Positions 9,690-19,627 of a stretch of 64,000 bases of DNA are shown here, piece after piece. The notes beneath the pieces were generated by a model. That model had not been told where the DNA came from and made no database searches. It worked only from the letters and a program-made list of their open reading frames with translations. Position numbers and translations under genes: made by a program. Numbering within the stretch: the stretch's first letter is position 1; every line of letters starts with the position of its first letter. The stretch comes from an uncultured Prevotellaceae bacterium (lineage in GTDB: Bacteria; Bacteroidota; Bacteroidia; Bacteroidales; Bacteroidaceae): contig CAMADY010000001.1 in assembly GCA_945831805.1 (NCBI GenBank), positions 5,529 through 69,528 on the forward strand, in the 5' to 3' direction.

Positions 9690-9772
9690 TAAAAGCTATC
9701 TAATTAGGAGGAAAAAGCTATGCAATTGGAGTGTTAAAAGATAGCTTTTACGACGTGATTAGATAGCTTTTA
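9690..9772. repeat. 22-bp-periodic palindromic (REP-like) element, copy 1
   Basis: AAAAGCTAT at 9691 and 9713; ATAGCTTTT at 9741 and 9763; perfect 15-bp outer inverted repeat TAAAAGCTATCTAAT. Confidence 0.75.
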
Positions 9773-9898
9773 CAGCCCCAAAAGCATGTTTTTAGCCCAA
9801 AATTAGAAAACTTTAACAAATTGAGCGTACAATTATCGTCTCGGAAAAATTGTTTTGTGGAGACCTGAAAAGCATGCCATGAAAGCACGTGTGAGGGC

Positions 9899-10645
9899 TT
9901 AGTCGAGCACCTCCATCTTCATGCTGATGTCCTCCTTTGGACGGTCGCCAGGCATAGTAGCCGTGTTCTGTATCTTCTCCACTACCTCAAGACCAGACTC
10001 CACCTCACCGAAGACGGTATATTGGTTGTCGAGGAACGGTGTGCCACCGATGGTAGTGTAGTCCTGAACCTGTGCCTCGGTGAAGGCAGGCTTCGGCATC
10101 TCGCTGCAGATGGCTTTAGTCTCTGCAATCAGTTCGTCCTGAAGCTCTTGAAGACCGACCTGGTTGCGCTCCTTGCGCAGCTGCATAATCTTCTTGCGGT
10201 TGTCGTTGACGAGGTTGTTGAAGACGGTCTGCTCCTGCTGCATAGCCATCTGACGCTCAAGCTGTTTCATCTCCTGAGCCTTGTAGGTCTTACCCCATAC
10301 GATGTAGAACTGGCTGCCGGAGCTCTCGCGCTCTGGGTTCACCTGGTCGCCCTGCCGTGCAGCACTGAGTGCGCCGCGCTTGTGGTAGAGCTGCGGATAG
10401 ACGAACTCGGCAGGGATGGTGTAGTCGGGACCGCCCGTTCCGAGCATCTTGTCCTTCGGTGCACCCTTGCTCTCCGGGTCGCCACCCTGAATCATGAAGT
10501 CCTTGATGACGCGGTGGAAGAGCGTGCCGTCGTAGTAGCCCTCCTTCGCAAGCTTGATGAAGTTGTCACGATGTTTTGGCGTCTCGTCATACAGTCGTAC
10601 GATAATCTCGCCCTCAGAAGTAGTGATTTTTACTCTTGTTGCCAT
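9899..10645 (-). CDS. Cyclophilin-type peptidyl-prolyl cis-trans isomerase
   Basis: YYDGTLFHRVIKDFMIQGGDP, SSGSQFYI and FLDNQYTVFGEV; start moved to ATG 10645 because a TACCTTTG -7 box (10722-10729) overlaps the longer ORF start. Confidence 0.93.
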   Translation of the reverse strand: MATRVKITTSEGEIIVRLYDETPKHRDNFIKLAKEGYYDGTLFHRVIKDFMIQGGDPESKGAPKDKMLGTGGPDYTIPAEFVYPQLYHKRGALSAARQGDQVNPERESSGSQFYIVWGKTYKAQEMKQLERQMAMQQEQTVFNNLVNDNRKKIMQLRKERNQVGLQELQDELIAETKAICSEMPKPAFTEAQVQDYTTIGGTPFLDNQYTVFGEVESGLEVVEKIQNTATMPGDRPKEDISMKMEVLD

Positions 10646-10791
10646 GTTGTTTGGTGTATCTTGTTGTTTTGATAGTCTTCGGGTTTGGCTGCTTCGTAGA
10701 GGCAGATTGCCAAATTTAGTGCAAAGGTACAAAGAAAAATCGGAATAATGCTTGACGGAGGTTAATAATTTGTAGTTTTATGGAGAAATAT

Positions 10792-10822
10792 TTTGATATT
10801 TAGGAAAAAAATAGTAACTTTG
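10792..10822 (+). promoter_or_regulatory. Primary-sigma promoter for the his-lys operon
   Basis: TTTG (10792-10795), 19 nt spacer, TAACTTTG (10815-10822). Confidence 0.75.
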
Positions 10823-10891
10823 CACACTAAAATAAATAAGTACATTGTGTATGTACGTATGAAATAATGTAATCATCGACGTGAAAAATAA

Positions 10892-11488
10892 ATGAAAGTA
10901 TCGATTGTAAAATATAATGCGGGTAACATTTTCAGCGTTATCAATGCCGTAAAACGACTTGGGGTAGAGCCTCTCTGGACGGATGATCCTCAGGAGCTGA
11001 TGTCGTCAGACAGGGTTATCTTCCCGGGACAGGGGGAGGCAAGCAACGCCATGAGCTACCTCCGCTCCCGTAATCTCGACCAGGTCATCAAGGACCTTAA
11101 GAACCCTGTCCTCGGCATCTGCATCGGTCAGCAGCTGCTCTGCCAGCATAGCGAGGAGAGCGACACCGACTGCATCGGCGTGTTCCCTATCCAGGTAAAG
11201 CGCTTCCAGCCGAAGGTGCATGAGGAGAAGGTGCCTTGCATGGGATGGAACTCGCTGAACCTGAAGGGTGACAGTCCGCTGTTCAGGGGACTCGGAGAGA
11301 GGGATTACGTGTATTTCGTGCATTCGTACTACTGCGAGCTCTGCGAGAACACCATCGCTGAGGCGGACTACATACTGCCTTACAGCGCTGCACTGCAGAA
11401 GGATAACTTCTTCGCTACGCAGTTCCACCCTGAGAAGAGCGGCGTCGTTGGCAACAAGATTATTGAGAACTTTATAAACCTGAAATAA
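10892..11488 (+). CDS. hisH: Imidazole glycerol phosphate synthase, glutaminase subunit
   Basis: PGQG, LGICIGQQ, YFVHSY and QFHPEKS. Confidence 0.97.
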   Translation: MKVSIVKYNAGNIFSVINAVKRLGVEPLWTDDPQELMSSDRVIFPGQGEASNAMSYLRSRNLDQVIKDLKNPVLGICIGQQLLCQHSEESDTDCIGVFPIQVKRFQPKVHEEKVPCMGWNSLNLKGDSPLFRGLGERDYVYFVHSYYCELCENTIAEADYILPYSAALQKDNFFATQFHPEKSGVVGNKIIENFINLK

Positions 11489-12201
11489 TGATAGAGCTTA
11501 TTCCAGCCATAGACCTCATAGAAGGCAAGTGCGTACGCCTTACGAAGGGCGAGTACGATAGCAAGAAGGTGTATAACGAAGACCCTGTTGCCCAGGCAAA
11601 GGAGTTCGAGAAGCTCGGCTTCAAGCGCCTGCACGTCGTTGACCTCGATGGTGCTAAGTCAAAGCATGTCGTCAATGATGCGGTGCTGAAGGGCATCACA
11701 GAGAATACCAGCCTCGTGGTTGACTTCGGCGGCGGCATAAAGACAGCCGAGGACATAGAGAAGGCATTTGCTGCCGGTGCATCGATGGTGACGCTCGGAA
11801 GCATCGCCGTGACGAATCCGGAGCTCTGCAAGGAGTGGATCGGCAAATATGGAGCAGAGAAGATAATACTCGGTGCTGACGTCCGCAACGGCAAGATAAG
11901 CATCAACGGATGGAAGGAAGACTCCGAGGAGGACCTCGTTCCGTTCCTGAAGAAATACATCGACATGGGTATCCGCAATGTGCTGTGCACCGAGATAAGC
12001 AAGGACGGCACGCTGGCAGGTCCTGCCGTGGAGCTCTACAAGGAGCTGATGGCGGAGTATCCTATGATGCATCTCATCGCCTCCGGCGGTGTTTCTTCCA
12101 ATAATGATATCACAGATCTTAATAAGGCGGGCATTCCTGCCGTTGTTTTCGGTAAAGCCTATTATGAAGGTCGCATAAACGTAAAAGAACTATGTCTTTA
12201 G
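11488..12201 (+). CDS. hisA: ProFAR isomerase
   Basis: [31 protein letters not shown] and IASGG. Confidence 0.97.
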   Translation: MIELIPAIDLIEGKCVRLTKGEYDSKKVYNEDPVAQAKEFEKLGFKRLHVVDLDGAKSKHVVNDAVLKGITENTSLVVDFGGGIKTAEDIEKAFAAGASMVTLGSIAVTNPELCKEWIGKYGAEKIILGADVRNGKISINGWKEDSEEDLVPFLKKYIDMGIRNVLCTEISKDGTLAGPAVELYKELMAEYPMMHLIASGGVSSNNDITDLNKAGIPAVVFGKAYYEGRINVKELCL

Positions 12202-12950
12202 CAAAAAGAATAATACCCTGCCTCGACGTAAAGAATGGTGAGACCGTAAAGGGCACCAACTTCGTCAACCTTCGTTCTGCCGGTGATCCTGTGGAGCTGG
12301 GCAAGCGATATAGCGATGAGGGTGCAGACGAGCTCTGCTACCTCGACATCACTGCCTCTCACGAGGGTCGCAAGACGTTTACCGACATGGTGACGCGAGT
12401 GGCTTACGAGATAAACATTCCGTTCACCGTCGGTGGTGGCATCAATGCCATTGAGGATGTGGACCGTATGCTCGGAGCTGGTGCCGACAAGGTCAGCGTG
12501 AACAGTGCGGCACTGCGCCGTCCGGAGTTTATCGACGAGATAGCCAACAAGTTCGGCTCGCAGGTATGCGTCTGTGCCATAGATGCACGCATGGATGAGG
12601 ATGGATGGCACTGCTACGTCAACGGCGGCAGAATACGTGTGGAGCGCACCTTGCTCGACTGGGCTAAGGAGGTGGCAGACCGTGGTGCCGGCGAGATACT
12701 CTTCACGTCGATGAACCACGATGGCGTGAAGCAGGGCTTTGCCAACGAGGCTCTCGCCATGCTCGCCGATGAGCTGCCTATACCAATCATCGCCAGTGGC
12801 GGTGCGGGTTGCAGGGAGCACTTCCGCGACGTGTTCACACTGGGTCATGCTGATGCAGCTCTTGCTGCAAGCGTGTTCCACTTCGGAGAGATTCCAGTTC
12901 CAGATTTGAAACAATACTTAAGAAACGAAAATATCAATGTCAGAATATAG
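12192..12950 (+). CDS. hisF: Imidazole glycerol phosphate synthase, cyclase subunit
   Basis: [21 protein letters not shown] and AALAASVFH. Confidence 0.97.
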   Translation: MSLAKRIIPCLDVKNGETVKGTNFVNLRSAGDPVELGKRYSDEGADELCYLDITASHEGRKTFTDMVTRVAYEINIPFTVGGGINAIEDVDRMLGAGADKVSVNSAALRRPEFIDEIANKFGSQVCVCAIDARMDEDGWHCYVNGGRIRVERTLLDWAKEVADRGAGEILFTSMNHDGVKQGFANEALAMLADELPIPIIASGGAGCREHFRDVFTLGHADAALAASVFHFGEIPVPDLKQYLRNENINVRI

Positions 12951-13287
12951 TCACAACCACGAGTGTACGGCAGAGAAGATGCCGGACTTCGCAAAGATGA
13001 ATGGTCTTGTGCCGGCAATAGTACAGGACGTAGATACAAAGAACGTGTTGATGCTCGGCTTCATGAACGAGGAGGCGTATCTCAAGACTCTTGAGACAAA
13101 GAAGGTAACGTTCTGGAGTCGCGGACGCAAGTGTCTGTGGACGAAGGGCGAGACAAGCGGCAACTTCCTCGACCTCGTAAGCATGAAGACCGACTGCGAC
13201 AACGATACGCTCCTCGTGAAGGTGCATCCTCACGGACCTACATGCCATACAGGTACGGACACCTGTTGGGGAGAGGTGAATGTTTAG
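12937..13287 (+). CDS. hisI: Phosphoribosyl-AMP cyclohydrolase (stand-alone)
   Basis: [18 protein letters not shown] and [11 protein letters not shown]; TAG stop at 13285-13287. Confidence 0.93.
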   Translation: MSEYSHNHECTAEKMPDFAKMNGLVPAIVQDVDTKNVLMLGFMNEEAYLKTLETKKVTFWSRGRKCLWTKGETSGNFLDLVSMKTDCDNDTLLVKVHPHGPTCHTGTDTCWGEVNV

Positions 13288-13292
13288 TTCTT

Positions 13293-13327
13293 AATGCATA
13301 ATTCATAATGCATAATTCATAATTCAT
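13293..13327 (+). repeat. Heptamer tandem array AAT(G/T)CAT x5
   Basis: aatgcat aattcat aatgcat aattcat aattcat between hisI and hisE. Confidence 0.95.
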
Positions 13328-13360
13328 AATTGTTTGACAAGTTATAATCATTTTAAGATA

Positions 13361-13681
13361 ATGGAAAATTCAGAGAAAAACCCACTTTTGTTCCTCAGCG
13401 AGCTGCAGGACTTTATCGAGACACGTTACAAGGAAATGCCGGAAGGTTCTTATACCACATCACTCTTTAAGGATGGTCTTAACCGCATGGCACAGAAGGT
13501 AGGCGAGGAGGCCCTCGAACTCGTCATCGAGGCTACCAACGGTACTAACGACCGACTCATCTATGAGGGTTCAGACATGCTCTACCACCTCATCGTGCTC
13601 CTTACATCCAAGGGTCTCCGCATCGAGGATATGGCAGCAGAGCTTGCTGAGCGCCATAACCCTGGTTGGAAGAAACACTAA
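13361..13681 (+). CDS. hisE: Phosphoribosyl-ATP pyrophosphatase (stand-alone)
   Basis: EGSYTTSLF, QKVGEEALE and EGSDMLYHLIVLL; ATG at 13361 after an AT-rich leader. Confidence 0.93.
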   Translation: MENSEKNPLLFLSELQDFIETRYKEMPEGSYTTSLFKDGLNRMAQKVGEEALELVIEATNGTNDRLIYEGSDMLYHLIVLLTSKGLRIEDMAAELAERHNPGWKKH

Positions 13682-13753
13682 AGCCCCCCCACCAACCTCC
13701 ACGAGGGAAGGCTATTGGAATTTGGTAATAGATTGCTAACATAATTTGGGCAG

Positions 13754-14425
13754 ATGTTAATAGAATACAAGAACGTAAAGGTCTCGCACGATGATGGAGA
13801 AGAGGTGCTCAACGGCATCGACTTCAAGGCGTCGGCAGGAGAGTTTATATATATAATAGGTAAGGTGGGAAGCGGCAAGAGCTCTTTCCTCCGCACCCTT
13901 TATGGCGAACTCGAAATCGATGAGGCTGACAAGGCGCAGGTCTTCGACTACGACATGATGAAGATACGCCACAAGGAGATACAGCAGCTGCGCAGGGAAC
14001 TCGGCATCATCTTTCAGGACTTCAAACTCCTTACCGACCGCAGCGTAAGCAAGAACCTGGAGTTCGTGCTGAAGGCTACGGGATGGAAGAAGAGCGAGGA
14101 CATCGGAAAGCGCATCAAGGAGGTGCTGCATACGGTGAAGATGGATGGCGTAGAGGACAAGATGCCTCATGAGCTCTCTGGCGGTGAGCAGCAGCGCATC
14201 GCCATAGCACGCTCCCTGCTGAACTCCCCGAAGGTGATTCTCGCCGATGAGCCTACGGGAAACCTCGACCCGGACACCGCAGAACAGATTATCGGTCTCT
14301 TCCGCGACTGCTCCGCTACGGGCACTGCCGTAATAATCACGACTCACAACATGTCGCTGCTGGAGAAGTTCCCCGGCATCGTATATGAGTGCGTCGATGG
14401 GAAGATGATAGTTCATAATGCATAA
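13754..14425 (+). CDS. ftsE: FtsE-like ABC ATP-binding protein
   Basis: [31 protein letters not shown] and [10 protein letters not shown]; no ftsX nearby. Confidence 0.75.
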   Translation: MLIEYKNVKVSHDDGEEVLNGIDFKASAGEFIYIIGKVGSGKSSFLRTLYGELEIDEADKAQVFDYDMMKIRHKEIQQLRRELGIIFQDFKLLTDRSVSKNLEFVLKATGWKKSEDIGKRIKEVLHTVKMDGVEDKMPHELSGGEQQRIAIARSLLNSPKVILADEPTGNLDPDTAEQIIGLFRDCSATGTAVIITTHNMSLLEKFPGIVYECVDGKMIVHNA

Positions 14426-14472
14426 TGCATAATTCATAATGCATAATGCATAATTCATAATGCATAATTCAT
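14410..14472 (+). repeat. Heptamer tandem array AAT(G/T)CAT x8 plus one degenerate unit; contains the ftsE stop codon
   Basis: agttcat then eight aatgcat/aattcat units; TAA at 14423-14425 is inside the array. Confidence 0.95.
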
Positions 14473-14515
14473 AGTTATAGATAATTAAACAAATTTAAAA
14501 TACAACCACAAGAAA

Positions 14516-15835
14516 ATGAAAGTAATGAAATTCGGTGGCACATCCGTTGGCTCTCCAGAGCGTATGCAGGGTGTTGCACAGCTCGTAACAAAGTCAGGTG
14601 AGCCTACATTCGTTGTGCTCTCTGCAATGTCAGGAACAACAAACTCTCTCGTAGAGATCTCTGATTACCTCTACAAGAAGAACCCAGAGGGTGCACAGGA
14701 AGTTATCAACCAGTTGGAGAAGAAGTATCTCGGACATGTAGATCAGCTCTACTCTAGGGAGGAGACAAAGGTTAAGACACGTGCGTTCCTGAAGAAGGAG
14801 TTCGACTATCTTCGTTCTTTCACTAAGGATACATTCACTTCTTTCGAAGAGAAGATCGTTGTGGCACAGGGTGAGGTGATGTCAACAAACATGGTTGTCA
14901 ACTACCTCAACGAGCAGGGCGTGAAGACTGTCCTCCTCGATGCTCTCGACTTCATGCGTACCGACAAGAACGCTGAGCCTGATATGTCTTACATCAAGAA
15001 GCACATCGCTGACGTGATGAAGGCTAACCAGGGTTACCAGATCTACATCACTCAGGGCTTCGTTTGCCGTAATGCATACGACGAGATCGACAACCTCCAG
15101 CGTGGTGGTTCTGACTATACCGCATCGCTCATCGGTGCTGCTCTCCTTGCTGAGGAGATCCAGATCTGGACCGACATCGACGGTATGCACAACAACGACC
15201 CACGTATCGTTGACAAGACAGACGCTGTTCATCAGCTCAACTTCGAGGAGGCAGCAGAACTCGCTTACTTCGGTGCAAAGATTCTGCACCCTACATGCGT
15301 TCAGCCTGCTAAGTATGCCGGCATCCCTGTTCGCATCAAGAACACCATGGACCCTGATGCCGACGGTACTGTTGTTGACAACGTACTCGTTCGCGGTAAG
15401 ATCAAGGCTGTTGCTGCAAAGGACAATATCACCGCTATCAAGATCAAGTCTTCGCGTATGCTCCTCGCTACAGGATTCCTCCGCAAGGTGTTCGAGATCT
15501 TCGAGCAGTACAACACTCCTATCGACATGGTTACAACATCTGAGGTAGGTGTCAGCGTTACTATCGACAATACCTCTAACCTCACCAAGATAATGGATGA
15601 GCTGAAGAAGTACGGTACCGTTACCGTTGACTCTGACATGTGTATCATCTGTGTCGTTGGCGACCTCGACTGGAGCAACGTTGGCTTCGAGACTCTCGTA
15701 ACAGACGCTATGGCGAACATTCCTGTACGCATGGTTTCTTACGGTGGCTCTAACTACAACATCTCGTTCCTCGTTCGCGAGTCAGACAAGAAGCAGGCTC
15801 TCCAGAACCTCTCTGCAAAGCTGTTTAACGCATAA
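14516..15835 (+). CDS. lysC: Aspartate kinase
   Basis: MKFGGTSVG, RGGSDYTA, AYFGAKILHP and C-terminal ACT domains. Confidence 0.95.
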   Translation: MKVMKFGGTSVGSPERMQGVAQLVTKSGEPTFVVLSAMSGTTNSLVEISDYLYKKNPEGAQEVINQLEKKYLGHVDQLYSREETKVKTRAFLKKEFDYLRSFTKDTFTSFEEKIVVAQGEVMSTNMVVNYLNEQGVKTVLLDALDFMRTDKNAEPDMSYIKKHIADVMKANQGYQIYITQGFVCRNAYDEIDNLQRGGSDYTASLIGAALLAEEIQIWTDIDGMHNNDPRIVDKTDAVHQLNFEEAAELAYFGAKILHPTCVQPAKYAGIPVRIKNTMDPDADGTVVDNVLVRGKIKAVAAKDNITAIKIKSSRMLLATGFLRKVFEIFEQYNTPIDMVTTSEVGVSVTIDNTSNLTKIMDELKKYGTVTVDSDMCIICVVGDLDWSNVGFETLVTDAMANIPVRMVSYGGSNYNISFLVRESDKKQALQNLSAKLFNA

Positions 15836-15857
15836 AGGACAAATACCTCAACAACAC

Positions 15858-17006
15858 ATGTTTACACAAGAACAAATACAGAAATTCAATGGCATTGAGA
15901 CACCTTTTTATTATTACGATAAGAAGGTGCTTGATGATACTCTTCAGACAATACAGCAGGAGCTGGCAAAGCATTCTGGATATCATCTGCACTATGCCAT
16001 CAAGGCTAACGCCAACATCGATGTCCTCAAGGAGATACAGAAGATGGGCTTCGGTGTTGACGCTGTCAGCGGTGGCGAGATACAGCAGGCCCTCAATGCA
16101 GGCTTCGATGCTTCGAAGATAGTCTATGCCGGTGTCGGTAAGGCTGACTGGGAGATAAACCTCGGTCTTGATGCCGGCATCTTCTGCTTCAACGTAGAGT
16201 CAGAGCCGGAGCTCCAGATTATCAATGAGCTGGCAGCAGCAAAGGGCAAGGTGGCTCGCGTCGCTTTCCGTATCAACCCTAACGTAGGTGCTCACACACA
16301 CGCTAACATCACTACTGGTCTTGCAGAAAATAAGTTCGGCATCGCTATGGAGGATATGGAACTGGCCATAAAGGAAGCTCAGGAACTCCCTAACGTAGAG
16401 TTCATTGGCCTGCACTTCCACATCGGTAGCCAGATTCTTGAGATGGACGACTTCGTGGCTCTCTCAAACCGCATCAACGAACTGCAGGATCGTCTTGAGA
16501 AGCAGGGCGTCGTTGTTAAGAACATCAACGTCGGTGGTGGCCTCGGTATCTATTACACTGATCCTGACGGAAAGCCAGTGCCGGACTTCGGAAAGTATTT
16601 CGATACCTACGCACAGAATCTCAAACTACGTGAGGGTCAGCAACTTCACTGCGAGCTCGGTCGTGCTGTTGTAGGTCAGATGGGTAGCCTTATCACTAAG
16701 GTCCTCTATGTAAAGCAGTGCCATATCAAGCAGTTCGCTATCGTTGACGCTGGCATGAGCGACCTTATCCGTCCGGCTCTCTATGATGCACATCATGAGA
16801 TTCAGAACCTCTCAAGCACAGAGGCAGAAGAGACTTACGACGTCGTAGGTCCTATCTGTGAGTCAAGTGACGTGTTCGGCAAGGACGAGAAGCTCCCTAA
16901 GTGCCATCGTGGTGACATCATAGCACTCCGTTCTGCCGGTGCGTACGGTGAGATAATGGCTTGCCAGTACAACTGCCGCAAGCTCCCTAAGGGGTATCTG
17001 TTCTAA
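15858..17006 (+). CDS. lysA: Diaminopimelate decarboxylase
   Basis: YAIKAN (PLP lysine), HFHIGSQ, GPICESSD and AGAYG; start at ATG 15858 (MFTQEQ). Confidence 0.95.
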   Translation: MFTQEQIQKFNGIETPFYYYDKKVLDDTLQTIQQELAKHSGYHLHYAIKANANIDVLKEIQKMGFGVDAVSGGEIQQALNAGFDASKIVYAGVGKADWEINLGLDAGIFCFNVESEPELQIINELAAAKGKVARVAFRINPNVGAHTHANITTGLAENKFGIAMEDMELAIKEAQELPNVEFIGLHFHIGSQILEMDDFVALSNRINELQDRLEKQGVVVKNINVGGGLGIYYTDPDGKPVPDFGKYFDTYAQNLKLREGQQLHCELGRAVVGQMGSLITKVLYVKQCHIKQFAIVDAGMSDLIRPALYDAHHEIQNLSSTEAEETYDVVGPICESSDVFGKDEKLPKCHRGDIIALRSAGAYGEIMACQYNCRKLPKGYLF

Positions 17007-17052
17007 TACGGTTTTCTATATGGCAATCAGCCGTAAGGCTTATCTGTTCTAA

Positions 17053-18327
17053 ATGGATTACACAAATCTCATAATATTAACTGCGGTGTTACTGATGCTT
17101 GCATTGGTAACTCCGCTTTTCAGCCCTTTTTTCAGAGCAAGGAAGCTGCTATGCCTCATGCAACAAGAAGAAAGGGCATTGGATGATTGTGCTATGGAAG
17201 AAGGTGAGAAGCCATCTGCTGACGCATCATCATCAAAGCCGGAACCTATCTCCATCGTAATTGTGGAGCACGACAGCGCGTTCCGTCTGGAACAGATACT
17301 GCCGAGGTATCTCTCGCAGAACTATGCCGGTGACTATAAGGTTATTGTGGTGATAGACAAGAACGACTCTGAGTCGGAGGATGTGCTGAAAAGGGTAGGG
17401 TACAACCCACATCTCTACTACACCTTCCTGCCTACCGCCTCACGATACCTCAGCCGCAAGAAACTTGGCATAACGCTTGGACTTCGTGCCGCAAAGACGG
17501 ATTGGGTGATAGTGACTGATGTCCATTGTGCTCCGACGTCTGACGACTGGCTGACGCATTTCGCCAAGCACTGCACAAACGATAAGACTCTCGTTCTGGG
17601 CATGACGCCATACGAGGATGAGGCTCCTGTATATTACCGCTTCAACCATCTGCGCACGATGCTCTATCATCTGCGTCAGGCACAGAAGGGTATTGCCTTC
17701 AGCACAAACCAGTCGATGGTGGCAATACGCAAGAGCGAGTTCTTCAAGCAGAAGGGCTTCAGCGGCAATCTGGAATACACCCGTGCGGAGTTCGATTTCC
17801 TCGTAAACAAGTTCGCGGAAGAGGGAAACACCGCGCTTGCCATAGAGCCGGAAGCATGGTTGCAGCAGTTCAATCCGAATCCAAAGCGATGGAGAGGCAG
17901 ACAGCTCTTCACGCTCGATGCCATGAAGGGATTGCAGCGTAAGGGATGGTTCAAGTTCTGGTCGTACCTCGACAATGACCTGATACATGTATTCAACTTC
18001 GTGATGATTTTCTGGATCGTCATTGCATGCCTATGTATATGGGATGAAAGTGAGAAGATACCCGTTAATCCGAACGTAATGATGCATTTCTACATTCTGT
18101 TGGCGATACTTGTTGTGGTATGGCTTATCTCACAGATTGTCAGGTTCTTCATCTATCGTCCGGTGCTCAAGGCGTTCACTATCAAGAATCCTGAGTATGA
18201 GAATTACTCTTACATCAATCCATTCCTCGCTATACTGCTCGAATGGACGATGACGTTCCGCAACATTGCCCTCGCAATACGCTATAAGTTCTTAGACAAG
18301 ACGGATTTCATAACGCACAAACTTTGA
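17053..18327 (+). CDS. Family 2 glycosyltransferase-like membrane protein (degenerate motifs)
   Basis: ISIVIV..LSQNY..VIVVID, KKLGITLG, TDVHC at the DxD position, C-terminal TM helices. Confidence 0.7.
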   Translation: MDYTNLIILTAVLLMLALVTPLFSPFFRARKLLCLMQQEERALDDCAMEEGEKPSADASSSKPEPISIVIVEHDSAFRLEQILPRYLSQNYAGDYKVIVVIDKNDSESEDVLKRVGYNPHLYYTFLPTASRYLSRKKLGITLGLRAAKTDWVIVTDVHCAPTSDDWLTHFAKHCTNDKTLVLGMTPYEDEAPVYYRFNHLRTMLYHLRQAQKGIAFSTNQSMVAIRKSEFFKQKGFSGNLEYTRAEFDFLVNKFAEEGNTALAIEPEAWLQQFNPNPKRWRGRQLFTLDAMKGLQRKGWFKFWSYLDNDLIHVFNFVMIFWIVIACLCIWDESEKIPVNPNVMMHFYILLAILVVVWLISQIVRFFIYRPVLKAFTIKNPEYENYSYINPFLAILLEWTMTFRNIALAIRYKFLDKTDFITHKL

Positions 18328-18330
18328 GGT

Positions 18331-18407
18331 AATTCATAATGCATAATTCATAATGCATAATTCATAATGCATAATTCATAATTCATAATGCATAATTCTT
18401 AGTTCAA
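18331..18407 (+). repeat. Heptamer tandem array AAT(G/T)CAT x9 plus two degenerate units
   Basis: Fills nearly the whole spacer between the stop at 18327 and the TTG at 18409. Confidence 0.95.
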
Positions 18408-18408
18408 T

Positions 18409-19560
18409 TTGAAACTTCTTCACTACATACCCGACTTCACCAACGCTGCTGGACCTGTTGCCAGCAACGTACGGAAGATGTTGCTTTCTACCTCGAAGGT
18501 GGCTGAGGTGGTGTTGCTGACATCTACGAAACTGCCTGCCGATATGGAGGAGGCATTGCAGGGGCAGTATGGCGTACGTACCATATATATAAATAAGGTG
18601 GAGGGTTTCAATCCGATAAAACTGCTATCTGCATTCAATGAGGTACGCAAGGTGCTGAACGAGGAGAAGCCTGACATCGTTCATGTGCATGGTGCATGGA
18701 ACTATACGGCAGCACTTGTAGAGCAGGTGGCACGCAAGTTGCACTACATCACCGTAGTGTCAACTCACAGAGGCGTATCTTCTGAAATCATCGGTATAGA
18801 CTTCTGGAAGCAGAAACTTCCGCGACTGCTTGCCTATCAGATTTGGATGATACGCAACAGTACGTCGCTCATTGCAATCAACGATACAGAGAAAGAGAAT
18901 ATTATTGCCCTCGGCCTGAAGAAACGCATTGAGGTCTTGCCGCAGATTCCAAAGGAAGGCGAGAACCTCGATATGCTGCGTGAAGCCCTGATGGCAATGT
19001 ACCGTAAGGCTATCGACTCCTTCTATTATCGTTACACGACACCAGCGGAACAGACATTCATGGAGCAACTTGTTGCTGCTGCCATAGTTGATGAGGATGT
19101 CAGGATAGAGACACCATCGACTGAAGGCCTGTCGTTCCGAAGACTATCTTTCCTTCTTCATGACGAGGATATTACAGAACTGTTCCTTAGCGGTGTGCAT
19201 AAGATGCAGGTGTCTATGCCGCCACTTCTGAATGTGTCGGCAACACCACGATATAAGAACCGCAAGGCAAAGCGACTGGGACCGCTTGCCGACGTAACAC
19301 TCTCGAAGTCAATACGCTTGCCGGAAGAGTCTCTTGAGAGAACTGCCGTGGCTCTTATTGCTAAAGCAAAGACGCTTGGCATAGACCGCCTTACGATGAG
19401 ACATAAGACAGAACTCTATCGTCTCTTCAGATATACAGACTTTGATGAAGAAAAGGTAGGTAAGGAACTGAAACGCTTAGGTTTGCGCAAGTTCACTGTC
19501 AAGCTTCAGAAATACCTTGACAACCTTTTTCACCTTAAACCTGGATATCACATATACTAA
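18409..19560 (+). CDS. GT4 N-terminal-like domain fused to an unknown basic C-terminal domain
   Basis: MKLLHYIP..., EKPDIVHVHGAW and VVSTHRG; no recognisable C-terminal GT-B donor-binding motif; TTG start. Confidence 0.65.
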   Translation: MKLLHYIPDFTNAAGPVASNVRKMLLSTSKVAEVVLLTSTKLPADMEEALQGQYGVRTIYINKVEGFNPIKLLSAFNEVRKVLNEEKPDIVHVHGAWNYTAALVEQVARKLHYITVVSTHRGVSSEIIGIDFWKQKLPRLLAYQIWMIRNSTSLIAINDTEKENIIALGLKKRIEVLPQIPKEGENLDMLREALMAMYRKAIDSFYYRYTTPAEQTFMEQLVAAAIVDEDVRIETPSTEGLSFRRLSFLLHDEDITELFLSGVHKMQVSMPPLLNVSATPRYKNRKAKRLGPLADVTLSKSIRLPEESLERTAVALIAKAKTLGIDRLTMRHKTELYRLFRYTDFDEEKVGKELKRLGLRKFTVKLQKYLDNLFHLKPGYHIY

Positions 19561-19627
19561 ACTGCATCGTTTCCCACGGTGTTCCCTTGGGATACTAACA
19601 ACAGACTAACCAATAATAACAGAGACA

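Noticed and set aside
10823-10891. His attenuator leader
   Set aside because: No His-codon run or terminator/antiterminator visible.
13285-13361. Stop read-through or recoding joining hisI and hisE
   Set aside because: The two ORFs are in different frames and the spacer array has TAA in all three frames.
13757-14458. 233-aa minus-strand ORF starting [14 protein letters not shown]
   Set aside because: Antisense shadow of the ftsE-like gene; the repetitive start is the heptamer array read backwards.
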